From Pseudomonadota bacterium (GTDB taxonomy: Bacteria > Pseudomonadota > Gammaproteobacteria > JAKAQQ01), in assembly GCA_027338645.1 (NCBI GenBank), contig DAHWSH010000056.1, forward strand, positions 173 through 64,172: a stretch of 64,000 nucleotides of DNA, written 5' to 3'. This document shows positions 1 to 11,852 of this stretch, one piece after another. The notes under the pieces were generated by a model. That model did no database searches. It saw nothing but the letters and a program-made list of their open reading frames with translations, and had not been told where the DNA came from. The number at the start of each line of letters is the position of its first letter. Position 1 is the first letter of the stretch. A program made the translations under genes and the position numbers.

Positions 1-33
1 CGCGATGCATCGTGCCGATGAGACCGGTTCTTG

Positions 34-110
34 TGGTAGCGGGGGCAGGATTTGAACCTGCGACCTTCGGGTTATGAGCCCGACGAGCTGCCAGACTGCT
101 CCACCCCGCA
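34..110 (-). tRNA. metZ: initiator tRNA-fMet (anticodon CAT)
   Basis: Reverse complement reads TGCGGGGTGGAGCAGTCTGGCAGCTCGTCGGGCTCATAACCCGAAGGTCGCAGGTTCAAATCCTGCCCCCGCTACCA, near-identical to E. coli tRNA-fMet. Three consecutive G:C pairs in the anticodon stem; CAT anticodon; 1:72 mismatch. Confidence 0.85.
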
Positions 111-128
111 CCCTTTATTGAGCTTGAC

Positions 129-157
129 ATTGTAAACCGTAAGAACCCGTCTCGCAA
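129..157 (-). promoter_or_regulatory. candidate sigma70 promoter for tRNA-fMet (TTGCGA-N17-TACAAT on minus strand, about 19 nt upstream of tRNA 5' end)
   Basis: Minus strand reads ttgcga-gacgggttcttacggtt-tacaat, then 19 nt to the mature tRNA 5' end. Hexamer match only. Confidence 0.3.
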
Positions 158-241
158 TCAAGGCCCGATGGAACCTGCGTTCCATGGACTCGGGGGGATC
201 GAGAATCCAGAACCGTGAGGGGTCTACCCCCCATCTCCTCG

Positions 242-1681
242 CTATCGTTGAATCGCCCAGGCGCAAAGCCCCCATAACGCATTCGGGATCAGTCCCAGAA
301 TAAAGAGGGCGAGCCCGTTGAGTGAAAGAATGAGCTCAGGTACATTGAACTCCCCCTTCACCAACGGATGGTCGGCCCGATCGAAGTACATGATCTTGAC
401 GACCCGCAGGTAGTAAAAAGCGCCGACGACCGCCATCAGGACAGCAAAAACAGCGACGATGGGGAAACCCGCGCCCAGAAGAGCCCGTAACACGGCCAGC
501 TTGGCCCAAAACCCCACAAACGGGGGAACACCGGCCAGTGAAAACATGGCAAAAAGCATGAGCAGCGACCACCAGGGCTGGGACTGGCCCAGTCCCGCAA
601 GATCATCCACTGCCTCGATATCATGCCCCCGTGAACGGATGGCCAGGAGGAGGCCAAAGGCAACTGCCGTCATCAGCACGTAGACCAGTGTGTAGTAAAC
701 CGCGGCCACTTCACCCTCATGTGTCCCGGTCGCGATACCCAGCAGGATAAATCCGACATGCCCGATCGCCGAATAAGCCAGGAGACGCTTGAAATTGGTC
801 TGCAGAAGCGCACCCAGGTTACCCACCAGAAGCGACAGGATCGCGATCCCGACGAGCATACTGCTCCAATCACGAACCAGCGGGGAGAGACCCGAGCTGA
901 GCAAGCGGACAAACAGGGCAATGGAGGCCAGTTCGGGCAGGGTCGCAACGAAAAGCGTGATCGGGGTGGGTGCACCTTCGTAGACATCAGGTACCCACAT
1001 GTGAAAGGGTGCCGCCCCAAATTTGAAGGCCAGTGCAACCAGCACAAACACGGCGGCAACCCACGCCAGCACGGCTTCCGGGCCGGTCGCCATCAGGTCA
1101 GCCGATAGGCTGGCAAGCGACAGGGTACCGGTCAACCCGTAGAGCAGCGACAAACCATAGAGCAGAATACCGGAAGCGATGGCCCCCAGAAAAAAATATT
1201 TCATGGCGGCTTCGGCAGCCGGAATTCGTTCCCGATCGATTGAAATCAGGGTATAGAGGGACAGAGACAGTAACTCGAGACCGAGATAGAGCACGAGGAG
1301 GTTTGCGGCCGTGATAATCACGACCACGCCGAGCGTTGCCGTCAGCACCAAGGCATGGTACTCCCCTCCTCCGAGACCATGACGCTCCATGTCAGTCACT
1401 GAGTAAAACAGGATAACCAAGGCGCCCAAGCAGGCCGCCGCAACAAAAACCCTCGAAAACGTGTCGATCACGAGGCTTCCATCGTAAAACACGCCTTGGC
1501 TTGCCCCATTCCACAACAGGGCCTCGATCAGGGCCAGCGCCAGAGCCAGCAACGCCGTGGCCGGAATGGCCGATTTCAAAAAGTGCTCAGGAAGGCGGGT
1601 CCTCAGGGCCTCGAATCCCACCACAACGAGTACACCGATCGCAATCCAGATTTCCGGAGCCATGGCTGAAAATGACATCAT
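242..1681 (-). CDS. nuoN: NADH-quinone oxidoreductase subunit N
   Basis: 479 aa polytopic membrane protein, last gene of the nuoA-N order; NuoN/ND2-like sequence (LALFVRLLS..., MLVGIAILS...). Confidence 0.85.
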   Translation of the reverse strand: MMSFSAMAPEIWIAIGVLVVVGFEALRTRLPEHFLKSAIPATALLALALALIEALLWNGASQGVFYDGSLVIDTFSRVFVAAACLGALVILFYSVTDMERHGLGGGEYHALVLTATLGVVVIITAANLLVLYLGLELLSLSLYTLISIDRERIPAAEAAMKYFFLGAIASGILLYGLSLLYGLTGTLSLASLSADLMATGPEAVLAWVAAVFVLVALAFKFGAAPFHMWVPDVYEGAPTPITLFVATLPELASIALFVRLLSSGLSPLVRDWSSMLVGIAILSLLVGNLGALLQTNFKRLLAYSAIGHVGFILLGIATGTHEGEVAAVYYTLVYVLMTAVAFGLLLAIRSRGHDIEAVDDLAGLGQSQPWWSLLMLFAMFSLAGVPPFVGFWAKLAVLRALLGAGFPIVAVFAVLMAVVGAFYYLRVVKIMYFDRADHPLVKGEFNVPELILSLNGLALFILGLIPNALWGLCAWAIQR

Positions 1682-1712
1682 GATGCGTGCTCCCGGTTCA
1701 TCATCTTCTCCC

Positions 1713-3224
1713 TCATCCGATCTTGGTCGCGAGGGCCTGCCGGACCAGGTGCGCCACCGAAGCCCGCATGACGTTCATGAGCGGAGCCGGCCACAAGCCC
1801 AACACGAGAACCGGCACGGCAAGGCTCCACAAAACCAGCCGTTCCCGCCAGTCGAGACCCGGCAGCCCCGAAACCGCCTCGCTCCGGACCGGACCGAAGA
1901 CCACCCGTTTCATGAGCCACAGGGTGAAACCTGCGCCAATGATCAGGTTGAGTGCTGCCCCAAGACTCCACCACGGATTAGCCTGCCAAGTCGACAGGAT
2001 GACCTGGAACTCGCCCACGAAGCCGCTCGTTCCGGGCAAACCGACATTTGCCATCGCGAAAAAGACAAATAGGGCGCCGAATGCGGGCATGACTTTCGCC
2101 ACTCCACCGTAGGTCCCGATCTCGCGAGAATGGAGCCGGTCATAGAGCACACCCACCGACAGGAAAAGCGCGGCCGAAACCAGTCCATGTGAGACCATCT
2201 GGAAAATGCCCCCCTCCACCCCCATGCGGGCGGCCTCGGTCGTGAGCGCACCCATCATGAAATACAGGGCAAAAAATCCCAGCGTCACAAAGCCCATGTG
2301 CACGATCGACGAGTAGGCGATCAGCTTTTTCATATCGGTCTGAACCAGTGCCACGAAGCCGATATAGAGGATGGCGACCAGCGACAGCGCCACCATGAGT
2401 CCGGCAAAGTAGCGGCTGGCATCCGGGGCGATGGGCAACGACAACCGCAGGAAGCCGTACGCCCCCATCTTGAGCATGATCGCGGCCAGAATGACGGATC
2501 CGCCGGTCGGTGCCTCGACATGGGCGTCCGGCAACCAGGTATGGACCGGCCACATGGGGACCTTGACCGCGAAGGCCACGAGAAAGGCGATAAAGATCCA
2601 GATCTGCACGCCGAGTCCCAGCGGTGCCCGCTGGAAGGCCAAAAGATCGTAGCTGCCCACCCGTTGACCCAGATAGATGAGGGCCACCAGCATGAGGACC
2701 GAGCCGAGGAAGGTGTAGAGGAAAAACTTGAAGCTGGCATAAATTCGGCGCGGTCCACCCCAGATCCCGATAATCAGGAACATCGGGATCAGCATCGCTT
2801 CCCAGAAGAAATAGAACAAGAGTCCATCCAGTGCCGAAAACACACCGTTCATGAAGCCTTCCATGATCAGGAACGCGGCAAAATAGCCAGCCTGGCGGTA
2901 GTCGATGATCCGCCATCCCGCAAGGATCACGAGGACCGTGCTGAAAGTCGTAAGGACCAGGAAGGGCAGCGAAATCCCGTCGATTCCCAGATGGTAGTTG
3001 GCATTCAGGAGCGGAATCCAGGGCACCCGCTCAACGAACTGCATGGCCGCCGTCCGGTCCTCAAAGTGGAACCCGACCCAGAGGCTGAGTGCGAAAGTGA
3101 CCAGGGAAACCGTCAAGGCAAAGGTGCGTCTCAGGACTGGCGTTTTCCAACCCGGCAAGAGCAGGAGCACTCCCCCCAGCACCGGAATCCAGATCAGGAG
3201 GCTGAGCCAGGGTCCGTGCATCAT
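1713..3224 (-). CDS. nuoM: NADH-quinone oxidoreductase subunit M
   Basis: 503 aa antiporter-like subunit, ND4 family motifs; position between nuoL and nuoN. Confidence 0.85.
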   Translation of the reverse strand: MMHGPWLSLLIWIPVLGGVLLLLPGWKTPVLRRTFALTVSLVTFALSLWVGFHFEDRTAAMQFVERVPWIPLLNANYHLGIDGISLPFLVLTTFSTVLVILAGWRIIDYRQAGYFAAFLIMEGFMNGVFSALDGLLFYFFWEAMLIPMFLIIGIWGGPRRIYASFKFFLYTFLGSVLMLVALIYLGQRVGSYDLLAFQRAPLGLGVQIWIFIAFLVAFAVKVPMWPVHTWLPDAHVEAPTGGSVILAAIMLKMGAYGFLRLSLPIAPDASRYFAGLMVALSLVAILYIGFVALVQTDMKKLIAYSSIVHMGFVTLGFFALYFMMGALTTEAARMGVEGGIFQMVSHGLVSAALFLSVGVLYDRLHSREIGTYGGVAKVMPAFGALFVFFAMANVGLPGTSGFVGEFQVILSTWQANPWWSLGAALNLIIGAGFTLWLMKRVVFGPVRSEAVSGLPGLDWRERLVLWSLAVPVLVLGLWPAPLMNVMRASVAHLVRQALATKIG

Positions 3225-5185
3225 CCGAAAACTCCTCCCGGAGTGCGGACCAGAGCCAAGAACAGCAAAACGACGAGGGCGGCCACCAGGGTGAAGGCGT
3301 ACTGGTAAAGAAGGCCGGTTTGAATCCGTCTCACCCAGGAACCGATCCGTCCCACCCCCTGGGCGGTTCCGTTGACCGCAAGACCGTCAATGGCCTGTTC
3401 ATCCCCATGCCGCCAGAGGAACCGGCCCAGTCCGGGTGAGACCCGGGTCCCCAACCCGAGGTAAAGCCGGTCAAAGCCGTAACCGGCAAGGAGGATCCGG
3501 TAGAGAAGAGCCAGACGGTTGGCGACTGCGGCAGGCCAGCTTGGTCTCAGGAGATAGCCATAGGCGGCAACTCCGATGCCGGCCAGCATGAGGTAAAAGG
3601 TGGGAGACGTGAAAGCGCTCAAGAAAAACTGCCAGGCCGTCTCGTGACGGAAAGGAGCCAAGGCCTGGTTGCCTGCGACATTGGCCAGCACCCCGTCCCA
3701 GTAGCCTCCGCCGAGCAGCGGGTGGAACAGGATCCAGCCGACCACGAGGGAGGGGATGGCCAGAAGGACGAGCGGCACGGTTACGACCCAAGGGCTTTCA
3801 TGGAGATGCTCACGAGTCTTTGCATCCATTCGCTCCTCACCGTGAAAGACCATGAAAAACATGCGGAACGTGTACAGCGCGGTGACAAACACGCTGAGAA
3901 CAAGAAGAAGGTAGGCCAACCCGGCGCCGGGAATGCGGGAGTGTCCGACCGCCTCGATCAGGGCATCTTTCGAAAAATATCCCGAAAATCCCGGAAAGGC
4001 CACGAGGGCCAGAGAGCCCACCAGGAAGGTGACGTAGGTGATGGGCATGTACCGGCGCAGCCCGCCCATCTTTCGCATGTCCTGCTCATGATGCATGCCC
4101 AGGATGACAGAGCCGGCCGCCAGGAAGAGGAGCGCCTTGAAGAAGGCATGGGTCACCAGGTGAAAAATGCCGGCGGCAAAAGCCGAGGCACCGAGAGCGG
4201 CAGCCATGTAACCCAACTGGGACAAGGTCGAGTAGGCAATCACCCGCTTGATGTCGGTCGCGACAATACCCAGGAGTCCCATGAACAGTGCCGACAGTGA
4301 ACCGATGACGAGAATGACGCTCAAGGCACCTGGGGCCTCGACGTAAAACGGGGATAGGCGGGCCACCATGAAAATCCCAGCGGTCACCATGGTGGCGGCG
4401 TGGATGAGGGCGGAGATGGGCGTCGGACCTTCCATGGAGTCCGGCAACCAGACATGGAGCGGGATCTGGGCGGACTTCGCCATGGCTCCCACGAACAGCA
4501 GAATCCCGATCAGGTCGAGAACCGGGAGGTGAAGACCGAGGCCGAGATCAATGGTTTGCCCGACCAGCGTGGGAGCCCGGGCAAACAGGGCCGAATAGCG
4601 GAGTGAGCCCGTTTCATGAAGCAGGAGGGCAATGCCCAAGATAAAACCGCAGTCACCCACCCGGTTGACCAGAAAGGCCTTGAGAGCCGCAGCCGAGGCA
4701 GAGGGTTTTTCGAACCAGAACCCAATCAGGAGGTAGGACACGAGTCCCACCCCCTCCCAACCGATAAAGAGCTGCAGGAAATTGTTGGCGGTCACCAGAA
4801 GCAGCATGGCAAAAGTAAAAAGCGAGATATAACTGAAGAAACGGATCTCGCCGGGGTCACCCTTCATGTAGCCGATGCTGTAAACATGGACGGCAAATGA
4901 CACAAAGGTCACCACCGAAATCATGAGGGCACTCAGGGGATCGATCAGAAACCCGATCGGGAAGCGGACCCCACCACTCACCATCCATGTATAAAAGATG
5001 CGGTCCAGTCGAGCACCCTGCATCACCCGCTCTAGAAGCAAAAGGGATAACAACCACGACACACCGACCGCCGAAATCGTGAGGGCATGCGTCAATCTCC
5101 GGCCGACTCGACGGCCCGCCAAACCCGTGAACACGGCAGCCACGAGCGGCAACAGGACAATCGCGAGTGCAAGCCCCATCATCAT
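3221..5185 (-). CDS. nuoL: NADH-quinone oxidoreductase subunit L
   Basis: 654 aa ND5-like antiporter subunit with long C-terminal helix region; 4-bp overlap with nuoM. Confidence 0.85.
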   Translation of the reverse strand: MMMGLALAIVLLPLVAAVFTGLAGRRVGRRLTHALTISAVGVSWLLSLLLLERVMQGARLDRIFYTWMVSGGVRFPIGFLIDPLSALMISVVTFVSFAVHVYSIGYMKGDPGEIRFFSYISLFTFAMLLLVTANNFLQLFIGWEGVGLVSYLLIGFWFEKPSASAAALKAFLVNRVGDCGFILGIALLLHETGSLRYSALFARAPTLVGQTIDLGLGLHLPVLDLIGILLFVGAMAKSAQIPLHVWLPDSMEGPTPISALIHAATMVTAGIFMVARLSPFYVEAPGALSVILVIGSLSALFMGLLGIVATDIKRVIAYSTLSQLGYMAAALGASAFAAGIFHLVTHAFFKALLFLAAGSVILGMHHEQDMRKMGGLRRYMPITYVTFLVGSLALVAFPGFSGYFSKDALIEAVGHSRIPGAGLAYLLLVLSVFVTALYTFRMFFMVFHGEERMDAKTREHLHESPWVVTVPLVLLAIPSLVVGWILFHPLLGGGYWDGVLANVAGNQALAPFRHETAWQFFLSAFTSPTFYLMLAGIGVAAYGYLLRPSWPAAVANRLALLYRILLAGYGFDRLYLGLGTRVSPGLGRFLWRHGDEQAIDGLAVNGTAQGVGRIGSWVRRIQTGLLYQYAFTLVAALVVLLFLALVRTPGGVFG

Positions 5186-5491
5186 TTAGCCCTTGAGCTG
5201 GTCCAGATCCTGGACGTTGATACTCCGGCGGTGCCGGAAAACCACGACGAGCAATGCCAGTCCGATTGCGGACTCGGCGGCCGCCACGGTCAGCACGAAG
5301 AAAACGAAAATCTGGCCCGTCCGGTTCTCGAGGTAGCGGGAAAAGGCCACAAAATTGAGATTGACTGCCAAGAGCATCAACTCCACGCACATCAGCAGAA
5401 CGACCAGGTTCTTGCGGTTGATAAAGAGGCCCATCACGGCGATGGCAAACAGAATGGCCCCAAGAATGAGATAGTCGGTCAGTGTGATCAT
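5186..5491 (-). CDS. nuoK: NADH-quinone oxidoreductase subunit K
   Basis: 101 aa, three TM segments, ND4L-like ([51 protein letters not shown]). Confidence 0.85.
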   Translation of the reverse strand: MITLTDYLILGAILFAIAVMGLFINRKNLVVLLMCVELMLLAVNLNFVAFSRYLENRTGQIFVFFVLTVAAAESAIGLALLVVVFRHRRSINVQDLDQLKG

Positions 5492-6111
5492 GACGAGTGA
5501 CGCCGGCCGGAAGGAAGGGACACCAGCCGAACCCGATCCCGAGCCTGGACCTGAACCTGCCGGGATGGATCCTGGCTCCGGATCCCGGGGCGGCGACGCA
5601 AGGTCAGGAGAATCGCGGCAATCAGGCCAACCAGGAGTATCATGCCGGCCAATTCAAAGGGATAAAGGTCATGGCGGTACAACGTTGTACCCAACGCCCG
5701 GGTGTTGTCGTGTTTGGCGGCGACCCGGGGGAGGTGTCCCAGCGCGTGGAAACCCAGGGCATGGGCCCAGAACACGTAAGCCAGTTCAAACACCAGCAGG
5801 CAGGCGATTACCGCCCCCAGAGGAGCATAACGGACAAAACCTTCACGGAGCTTCGCGACCTCGACGTCCAGCATCATGACCACGAACAGCAAAAGCACGA
5901 GGACGGCACCGACGTAGATCAGAATCAGGACCAAACCAAGAAATTCAGCTCCCGACAGGATCCAGAGAACCGCGGTGTTGAAAAAGCAGAGTACGAGAAA
6001 CAGGGCCGCGTGGACCGGGTGCCTGGCCGTGATGACACGCAGGGCGGAAACGACGAGCACGGTCCCGAAAAACCAGAACACCGTCTCTTGCAGCCAGGCG
6101 GAAGGACTCAT
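5488..6111 (-). CDS. nuoJ: NADH-quinone oxidoreductase subunit J
   Basis: 207 aa ND6-like membrane subunit; operon position. Confidence 0.8.
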   Translation of the reverse strand: MSPSAWLQETVFWFFGTVLVVSALRVITARHPVHAALFLVLCFFNTAVLWILSGAEFLGLVLILIYVGAVLVLLLFVVMMLDVEVAKLREGFVRYAPLGAVIACLLVFELAYVFWAHALGFHALGHLPRVAAKHDNTRALGTTLYRHDLYPFELAGMILLVGLIAAILLTLRRRPGIRSQDPSRQVQVQARDRVRLVSLPSGRRHSS

Positions 6112-6120
6112 GGCTTCCGC

Positions 6121-6609
6121 TTACCGGTAAACCGCGTCCTGCTCGCGGTCACGGGCGATCTGGGCTTCAAATTTGTCCCCGATGGCCAGCAGTTTCTCCT
6201 TGGTCATGATCTGCTGGCCCCGGGCTTCAAAATGGAACTCGTAAATCCGGGTTTCAACGATCGAATCGACCGGACAGGCCTCTTCGCAGAATCCGCAATA
6301 AATACACTTGAACAGGTCAATATCGTAGCGGGTCGTCCGGCGGGTTCCATCATCGCGGCGTTCTGAGTCGATGGTGATGGCCAAGGCCGGACAGACCGCC
6401 TCGCAGAGCTTGCAGGCGATGCACCGTTCCTCGCCATTGGGATACCGTCGAAGGGCATGGAGACCCCGGAAGCGCGGTGACTGGGGTGTTTTTTCATCCG
6501 GATAACGAAGCGTGAATTTGCGCGAGACAAACTCCCGAAAGGTCACGCTCAATCCGGTCAACAGTTCGACCAGGAGAAAACTTTTGAAAAAATGCCGGAT
6601 CCGGTTCAT
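6121..6609 (-). CDS. nuoI: NADH-quinone oxidoreductase subunit I (2x[4Fe-4S] ferredoxin-type)
   Basis: Two CxxCxxCxxxCP motifs ([24 protein letters not shown]); 162 aa. Confidence 0.9.
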   Translation of the reverse strand: MNRIRHFFKSFLLVELLTGLSVTFREFVSRKFTLRYPDEKTPQSPRFRGLHALRRYPNGEERCIACKLCEAVCPALAITIDSERRDDGTRRTTRYDIDLFKCIYCGFCEEACPVDSIVETRIYEFHFEARGQQIMTKEKLLAIGDKFEAQIARDREQDAVYR

Positions 6610-7646
6610 GGCAGACCTCCCCGGAACCAGGGTCCCACCTGGCCCACGATCATGAGTGATTCGGCACCGAGCCAGACCAAGGTCAGGGGAATAAAAACCT
6701 TCCAGCCCAGCCGCATGATCTGGTCATAACGGTAACGGGGGAAAGTCGCGCGGAGCCAAAGGAAAACAAACAGCAGGACCGCGATCTTGAGTGCCAGCCA
6801 CGCGAGCCCGCTGTCGGCCAATAACGGGATTCCGGTTCCGGCCAGGGGTGACGACCATCCCCCCAGAAACAGGGTCGAGGCCAGAGCCGAGACCAGGATC
6901 ATATTGGCGTACTCGGCGAGAAAAAACACCGCAAAGGTTGTACCCGAATACTCCACGTGGAAACCGGCAACCAGTTCGGATTCTCCCTCGGCCACATCAA
7001 AGGGGGCTCGGTTCGTTTCGGCCACGCCAGAGACGAAGTACACGACGAAAAGCGGCAGGAGCGGAATGAAATACCAGTGTCCGATGCCTCCCGACTGGTC
7101 TCGAACGATCGCTTCGAGGTTGAGGGTGCGGGCCGCCATGACCACACCGATCAGGGCAAAGCCCATGGCGATCTCATAAGAGACGATCTGGGCTGCCGAT
7201 CGCATGGCCCCCAGCAGGGCATACTTGGAATTCGAAGCCCAGCCGGCCAGGATAATTCCATAGACGCCAATTGAAGTCAGTGCCAGGATGTAGATCAAGC
7301 CGGCATTGAGATTGGCCAACACGACATGCGGGGCAAAGGGAATGACGGCCCAGGTGGCGAGCGCGGGCACGATGGCGAGAATGGGAGCCAACACGAACAA
7401 CAGGATGCTCGAGCGTTCCGGGAAAACGATTTCCTTGAGCAGGAGTTTGAACACATCGGCAAAGGGCTGAAGCAGCCCCCACTTGCCGACCCGGTTGGGC
7501 CCGAGCCGCAACTGCATGTATCCAATGATCTTGCGTTCGGCATAGGTCAGATAAGCCACCGACAGGATCACCACGACCGTAACCAGAATGATGCCCACGA
7601 GGCGGGGCAAAAACCAGGTCAGGAGTCCGGCAATCCAGGGATTCAT
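6606..7646 (-). CDS. nuoH: NADH-quinone oxidoreductase subunit H
   Basis: ND1-like membrane subunit. Start trimmed to Met21 ([12 protein letters not shown]...), which abuts the nuoG stop at 7643; the ORF track extends to 7706. Confidence 0.8.
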   Translation of the reverse strand: MNPWIAGLLTWFLPRLVGIILVTVVVILSVAYLTYAERKIIGYMQLRLGPNRVGKWGLLQPFADVFKLLLKEIVFPERSSILLFVLAPILAIVPALATWAVIPFAPHVVLANLNAGLIYILALTSIGVYGIILAGWASNSKYALLGAMRSAAQIVSYEIAMGFALIGVVMAARTLNLEAIVRDQSGGIGHWYFIPLLPLFVVYFVSGVAETNRAPFDVAEGESELVAGFHVEYSGTTFAVFFLAEYANMILVSALASTLFLGGWSSPLAGTGIPLLADSGLAWLALKIAVLLFVFLWLRATFPRYRYDQIMRLGWKVFIPLTLVWLGAESLMIVGQVGPWFRGGLP

Positions 7647-10045
7647 GTCATGCCTCCCGTCGACATCGGGAAATCCAACTCCAGAACCCCCCAGCTCGGT
7701 CCCCAACCGACCGCACTCTCGGTTCCGGAATCCAGCCAGACGGTCCCACGGGGCAGACGGTCACTCAGCGCCACTTTGAGCACAGCGGCCTCGGGCTTTC
7801 CTGCCGGGCGCACCGGGGTTCCCGGCTGAACTCCCTGTTCTCGGGCATCATCCGGATGCATGAACAGTGAGCGAGAGCGGCGCGCCAGCGGCGTCTGCTG
7901 AAGCGGGATCGACCGGCGGACGTAGGGGTCGGTCCCATAGACGGCCCGTCGTCCCATCCGGTAGGGAAAGCGGACAAGTGGAGGAACGGGTCCGTCTTCG
8001 GTCTTCGCGACGCCGGCTTGGGAACCCCTCACGGGGTAGCGCTCGCGTGCCCTGATTTCCTCGAGCACATCCTGTCGCCGATCGTAGCTGAAACCGGAAA
8101 GACCCAGTCGTTGTCCCAGCACCGTGAGGATTTTCCATCCACTTCGGGCATCCCCCCAGGGTGGAACCATGGCTTCGAAGCTTTGTTCCTCGCCGGAAAG
8201 ATCAATATAGGTTCCACCCGTCTCCGGAATCGCTGCAAGCGGCAGGATCACCGAGGCATGGGCCGCGTGGGAGGGGGCGAGCCAGCTCGCGAAAACCAGA
8301 AGTTCCGACGCCTGGGCGATGGCCTGAAGTGCCCGATCCCCGTCCCAGAGATCGTATTCCGGTTCAACACCAAACAGGGAATAGAGTTTTTTCGGTTGAT
8401 CGAAGAGGCCGGGCAGTGACTCTCCTCGATCAGGCCACAGCCGGGCGACCTGTTCCGCCCCCACCGCATTGGCTCCCGCCGGCAGATCAACAAGCCGCGC
8501 CCCAGAGGCTTTCGACAGGGCCACCGTCAGGGCTCGGATCCGGCTGCCTTCCGGATGGGCTTCGACCAGCTCCCCCAGAACGAGAACCGCTTCAGGACCC
8601 GCGGAGAGGATTTCACCGAGCAGATCGAGTTCCGTGGGCGAAAGATGCGACCGCTCGGCCCAAGACGTCGCCCAAGCCAGAGGGCCCTTAAAGCTCCCGG
8701 GATTGACCTTCTCCACCAGTGCCGCAAGCGCCGCCACTTGCCCCCAGGGACCGAGCGGCCGATCGAAAAGAAGTGGCAGGCGGCTTTCAAACTGAACGGG
8801 ATTCAGGGCGGCGAGACGTGCGCCTGCTCCTGCGGCACGCCGGAGTCTCCAGCTGATCAACGGGTACTCTGAACGGAGATCAGTCCCGATCAAAAGAACG
8901 CCTTTCCGGCTTTCCCACTCGTCCCCCGAGAGGACACCGGGCACCTCTGCCCGCGCTCCCCTCGGTTCATCCCGGAAATCCGCCCGGTACAGACGGGCAT
9001 CAATGTTGCGAACCCCGAGACCGCGCAACAGCTTCTCGTAGAGATAAAGCTCCTCGAGTGTGGCCTGCGGAGAGATCAGGGCACCGACGGAGTCCGGCCC
9101 CTCCCGGGACACAGCCTCCGTCATTTTATTTGCGCAGATGTCCAGTGCCTCGTCCCACGAAGCCTCCCGGAGTTCGCCGTCCGCCCTCACCCGAGGCGTG
9201 CCCAGCCGATCCTCGTGATAAAGACCGGCATAACTGAAACGATCCCGGTCTGACAGCCAGGTTTCATTGCGCCCCGCAGCGGGCCGGGGCACAACCCGCA
9301 TGAGGCGCCCCCGCAATGTATGCCCGTAAAGATTCGATCCCATGGCATCATGAGCGGAAATGCCGGGCAGCGCGAGGAGTTCCCAGCTCCGTGCCGCAAA
9401 CCGGAAAGGCTTCGAGTTGAGTGCGCCCACTGGGCACAGGTCGATGATGTTGCCGGACAGTTCCGAGGTGATTTCTCCAGCAAGAAAGCTTTTCACGGCG
9501 GACCGTTCCCCCCGACCGACGATGGCGAGCTCCTGGGCGCCAGCCACTTCCTCGAGAAAACGCACGCAACGGGAACAAAAAATGCAGCGGGTCATATCGG
9601 TGCTGACCAGGGAACCCAGGCTCTCATCGGCAATGACCCGCTTGGGCTCCTCATAGCGCGAATGATCAAAACCATAGCCCATGGCCAGATCCTGGAGCTC
9701 GCACTCTCCGCCCTGGTCACAGACCGGGCAGTCCAGGGGGTGGTTGATCAGCAGGAACTCCATGGTCGCCCGCTGGGAATGGAGTGCCCCATCCGATTGG
9801 GTTCTGACACACATCCCTTCGGTCACCGGGGTCGCACAGGCCGGCAGCGGCTTGGGCGCTTTTTCAACCTCGACCAGGCACATCCGGCAGTTCGCCGCGA
9901 TCTTGAGGTGCGGGTGGTAACAAAACCGGGGAATGTAAATTCCCGCCCGGTCTGCCACCTGGATAATCATTTCTCCCGGGCGGGCTTCGCAGGCCACCCC
10001 GTTGATCTCCAGGTGGACGGTTTTGGGTGTCACGTGAGCGTTCAT
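7643..10045 (-). CDS. nuoG: NADH-quinone oxidoreductase subunit G (75 kDa Fe-S/molybdopterin-fold subunit)
   Basis: N-terminal 2Fe-2S and 4Fe-4S cysteine clusters ([18 protein letters not shown]; [10 protein letters not shown]), about 800 aa. Start trimmed to [16 protein letters not shown], just after the nuoF stop. Confidence 0.85.
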   Translation of the reverse strand: MNAHVTPKTVHLEINGVACEARPGEMIIQVADRAGIYIPRFCYHPHLKIAANCRMCLVEVEKAPKPLPACATPVTEGMCVRTQSDGALHSQRATMEFLLINHPLDCPVCDQGGECELQDLAMGYGFDHSRYEEPKRVIADESLGSLVSTDMTRCIFCSRCVRFLEEVAGAQELAIVGRGERSAVKSFLAGEITSELSGNIIDLCPVGALNSKPFRFAARSWELLALPGISAHDAMGSNLYGHTLRGRLMRVVPRPAAGRNETWLSDRDRFSYAGLYHEDRLGTPRVRADGELREASWDEALDICANKMTEAVSREGPDSVGALISPQATLEELYLYEKLLRGLGVRNIDARLYRADFRDEPRGARAEVPGVLSGDEWESRKGVLLIGTDLRSEYPLISWRLRRAAGAGARLAALNPVQFESRLPLLFDRPLGPWGQVAALAALVEKVNPGSFKGPLAWATSWAERSHLSPTELDLLGEILSAGPEAVLVLGELVEAHPEGSRIRALTVALSKASGARLVDLPAGANAVGAEQVARLWPDRGESLPGLFDQPKKLYSLFGVEPEYDLWDGDRALQAIAQASELLVFASWLAPSHAAHASVILPLAAIPETGGTYIDLSGEEQSFEAMVPPWGDARSGWKILTVLGQRLGLSGFSYDRRQDVLEEIRARERYPVRGSQAGVAKTEDGPVPPLVRFPYRMGRRAVYGTDPYVRRSIPLQQTPLARRSRSLFMHPDDAREQGVQPGTPVRPAGKPEAAVLKVALSDRLPRGTVWLDSGTESAVGWGPSWGVLELDFPMSTGGMT

Positions 10046-11364
10046 GCGACCGACCGGATCAAGGAAGCCTTTTCCGCCTTCTGGAACGGACAACCCTTTT
10101 GGTTGATGTGGGCTTCGAACTCCGGAGCAAAATGCTGGAGAAAGCTCCAGACGGGCATGGCGGCCGCATCTCCCAGTGCGCAGATCGTCCGTCCCTCGAT
10201 GTTGTGTGCCACCTTCACGAGACGGTCCAGATCCTGGAGTTGACCCCGCCCAGCCTCAATATCGCGGACCATCCGGTAGAGCCAGCCGGTTCCTTCCCGG
10301 CACGGGGTGCACTGGCCGCAGGATTCGGAATAATAAAACCGGCTGATCCGTTCCAGCACCCCGACCATGCAGGTCGTCTCGTCCATGACGATGACCGCAC
10401 CGGAGCCCAGGAGGGATCCCGCCCGTTTGATACTGTCATAATCCATCCGCGTCTCCATCATGACTTCTCCGGGGAGCACGGGGACTGAAGAGCCCCCCGG
10501 GATCACCGCCTTGAGCTGGTGTCCCGAACGGATGCCGCCCGCCCGCTTCAGCAGGTCCACAAACGGGGTGCCCAGCGGAACTTCATAGTTGCCCGGGTGC
10601 GTAACGTGGCCGGTCACCGAAAAGATCTTGGGCCCTCCGGCCCCTGGCAGCCCCATGTTGAGAAACCACTGGGCGCCCTCACGCAGGATGCCGGGAACGG
10701 ATGCCAGGGTCTCTGTGTTGTTGATCGTGGTGGGTGCCCCGTAGAGCCCAAAAGAGGCCGGGAACGGCGGCTTGAAACGCGGGAATCCCTTCTTGCCCTC
10801 GAGGGATTCCAGGAGGGCGGTCTCCTCCCCGCAGATGTAGGCTCCAGCCCCGAGGTGGATCCGGAGATCGACCGTAATCCCGCTGCCACCCAGGTTTTCC
10901 CCCAGGTAGCCTGCAGCATAGGCCTCCTCTACCGCCGTCCGGAATCGATGGTACGGTTCATCCTGAAACTCGCCGCGGATATAGTTGTATCCCACCCGCG
11001 CACCCATCGCATAACAGGCAATGGCCATGCCCTCGACGAGTGCATGCGGGTTGAACCGGAGGATGTCCCGATCCTTGCAGGTCCCCGGTTCACTCTCGTC
11101 CGAATTGCAGACCAGATACTTGGGTCCGGGGTGGGAAGCGGGCATGAAGCTCCACTTGACGCCCGTGGGGAAACCCGCCCCCCCACGCCCCCTCAGGCCC
11201 GACTGCTTGACTTGCTCGATGAGGGTAGCTGGAGCCGGCCGCTCGGTCAGGATTTTTTTCCAGGCCTGATAGCCTCCCAATCGGTGGTAGGTATCGAGGC
11301 TCCAGGACTCAGGTTCGCCGAGCGTGGCGTAGCAGAGCGGTCCCACGTGGCTATCGCCAGTCAC
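10042..11364 (-). CDS. nuoF: NADH-quinone oxidoreductase subunit F (FMN/NADH-binding, 51 kDa)
   Basis: [28 protein letters not shown] motif; C-terminal 4Fe-4S cysteines ([12 protein letters not shown]). Likely GTG start overlapping the nuoE stop (GTGA); the ORF track extends to 11466. Confidence 0.8.
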   Translation of the reverse strand: MTGDSHVGPLCYATLGEPESWSLDTYHRLGGYQAWKKILTERPAPATLIEQVKQSGLRGRGGAGFPTGVKWSFMPASHPGPKYLVCNSDESEPGTCKDRDILRFNPHALVEGMAIACYAMGARVGYNYIRGEFQDEPYHRFRTAVEEAYAAGYLGENLGGSGITVDLRIHLGAGAYICGEETALLESLEGKKGFPRFKPPFPASFGLYGAPTTINNTETLASVPGILREGAQWFLNMGLPGAGGPKIFSVTGHVTHPGNYEVPLGTPFVDLLKRAGGIRSGHQLKAVIPGGSSVPVLPGEVMMETRMDYDSIKRAGSLLGSGAVIVMDETTCMVGVLERISRFYYSESCGQCTPCREGTGWLYRMVRDIEAGRGQLQDLDRLVKVAHNIEGRTICALGDAAAMPVWSFLQHFAPEFEAHINQKGCPFQKAEKASLIRSVA

Positions 11365-11852
11365 TCGAGAGACTCCAGAATTTCGTCCACCCGTTCCGGG
11401 GTGAGGTGTTCGTAATAGATGTGATCGACCATCATCATGGGCGCTCCGGCGCAGGCCGCGAGACATTCCTCTTCCGGCTTGAGGTAGATTTTTCCATCTG
11501 CCGTCGCCTGTCCAGGACGGATTCCAAGACGTTTTTCAAGATGATCCAGGATCATGCCACAACCGCACAGCATGCAGGATACGTTGGTGCAAACCGAAAC
11601 GCTGTGCCGGGCAGTTGGCTTGAGTTCGTACATGGAATAGAACCGGGCCACCTCCTCGACCGCCACCGGTGGCAGTCCGAGGTATTCGGCAACGGCGAGG
11701 AGGGATTCGGGCCGGATCCATCCCCCCTCATGCTCCTGGACGATGCGCAATGCCGCCAAAGTGGCGGAACGACGACCTTCCGGCGGATACTGGGCTATCC
11801 AGTGATCGATTTCGTGGCAGATTTCCGGGCTCAGGGTCGTCGGTTGGTTCAC
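11361..11852 (-). CDS. nuoE: NADH-quinone oxidoreductase subunit E (24 kDa 2Fe-2S)
   Basis: 163 aa with thioredoxin-like 2Fe-2S cysteine pattern ([10 protein letters not shown]...C...C); operon position. Confidence 0.85.
   Translation of the reverse strand: MNQPTTLSPEICHEIDHWIAQYPPEGRRSATLAALRIVQEHEGGWIRPESLLAVAEYLGLPPVAVEEVARFYSMYELKPTARHSVSVCTNVSCMLCGCGMILDHLEKRLGIRPGQATADGKIYLKPEEECLAACAGAPMMMVDHIYYEHLTPERVDEILESLE

Noticed and set aside
72-275. 67-aa minus-strand ORF
   Set aside because: Overlaps the initiator tRNA-fMet gene and its promoter; there is no coding signal.
2298-3308. 336-aa plus-strand ORF, plus many other long antisense ORFs (for example 11669-13159, 20526-21524, 29109-30614, 47626-49230, 63208-63990)
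   Set aside because: All lie antisense to well-supported conserved genes (nuoM, nuoD, rlmE/greA, pcnB, metH, BI-1). Their translations are low-complexity, Arg/Pro/Gly-rich, typical of stop-codon-poor frames in >60% GC DNA. No independent start or RBS evidence.
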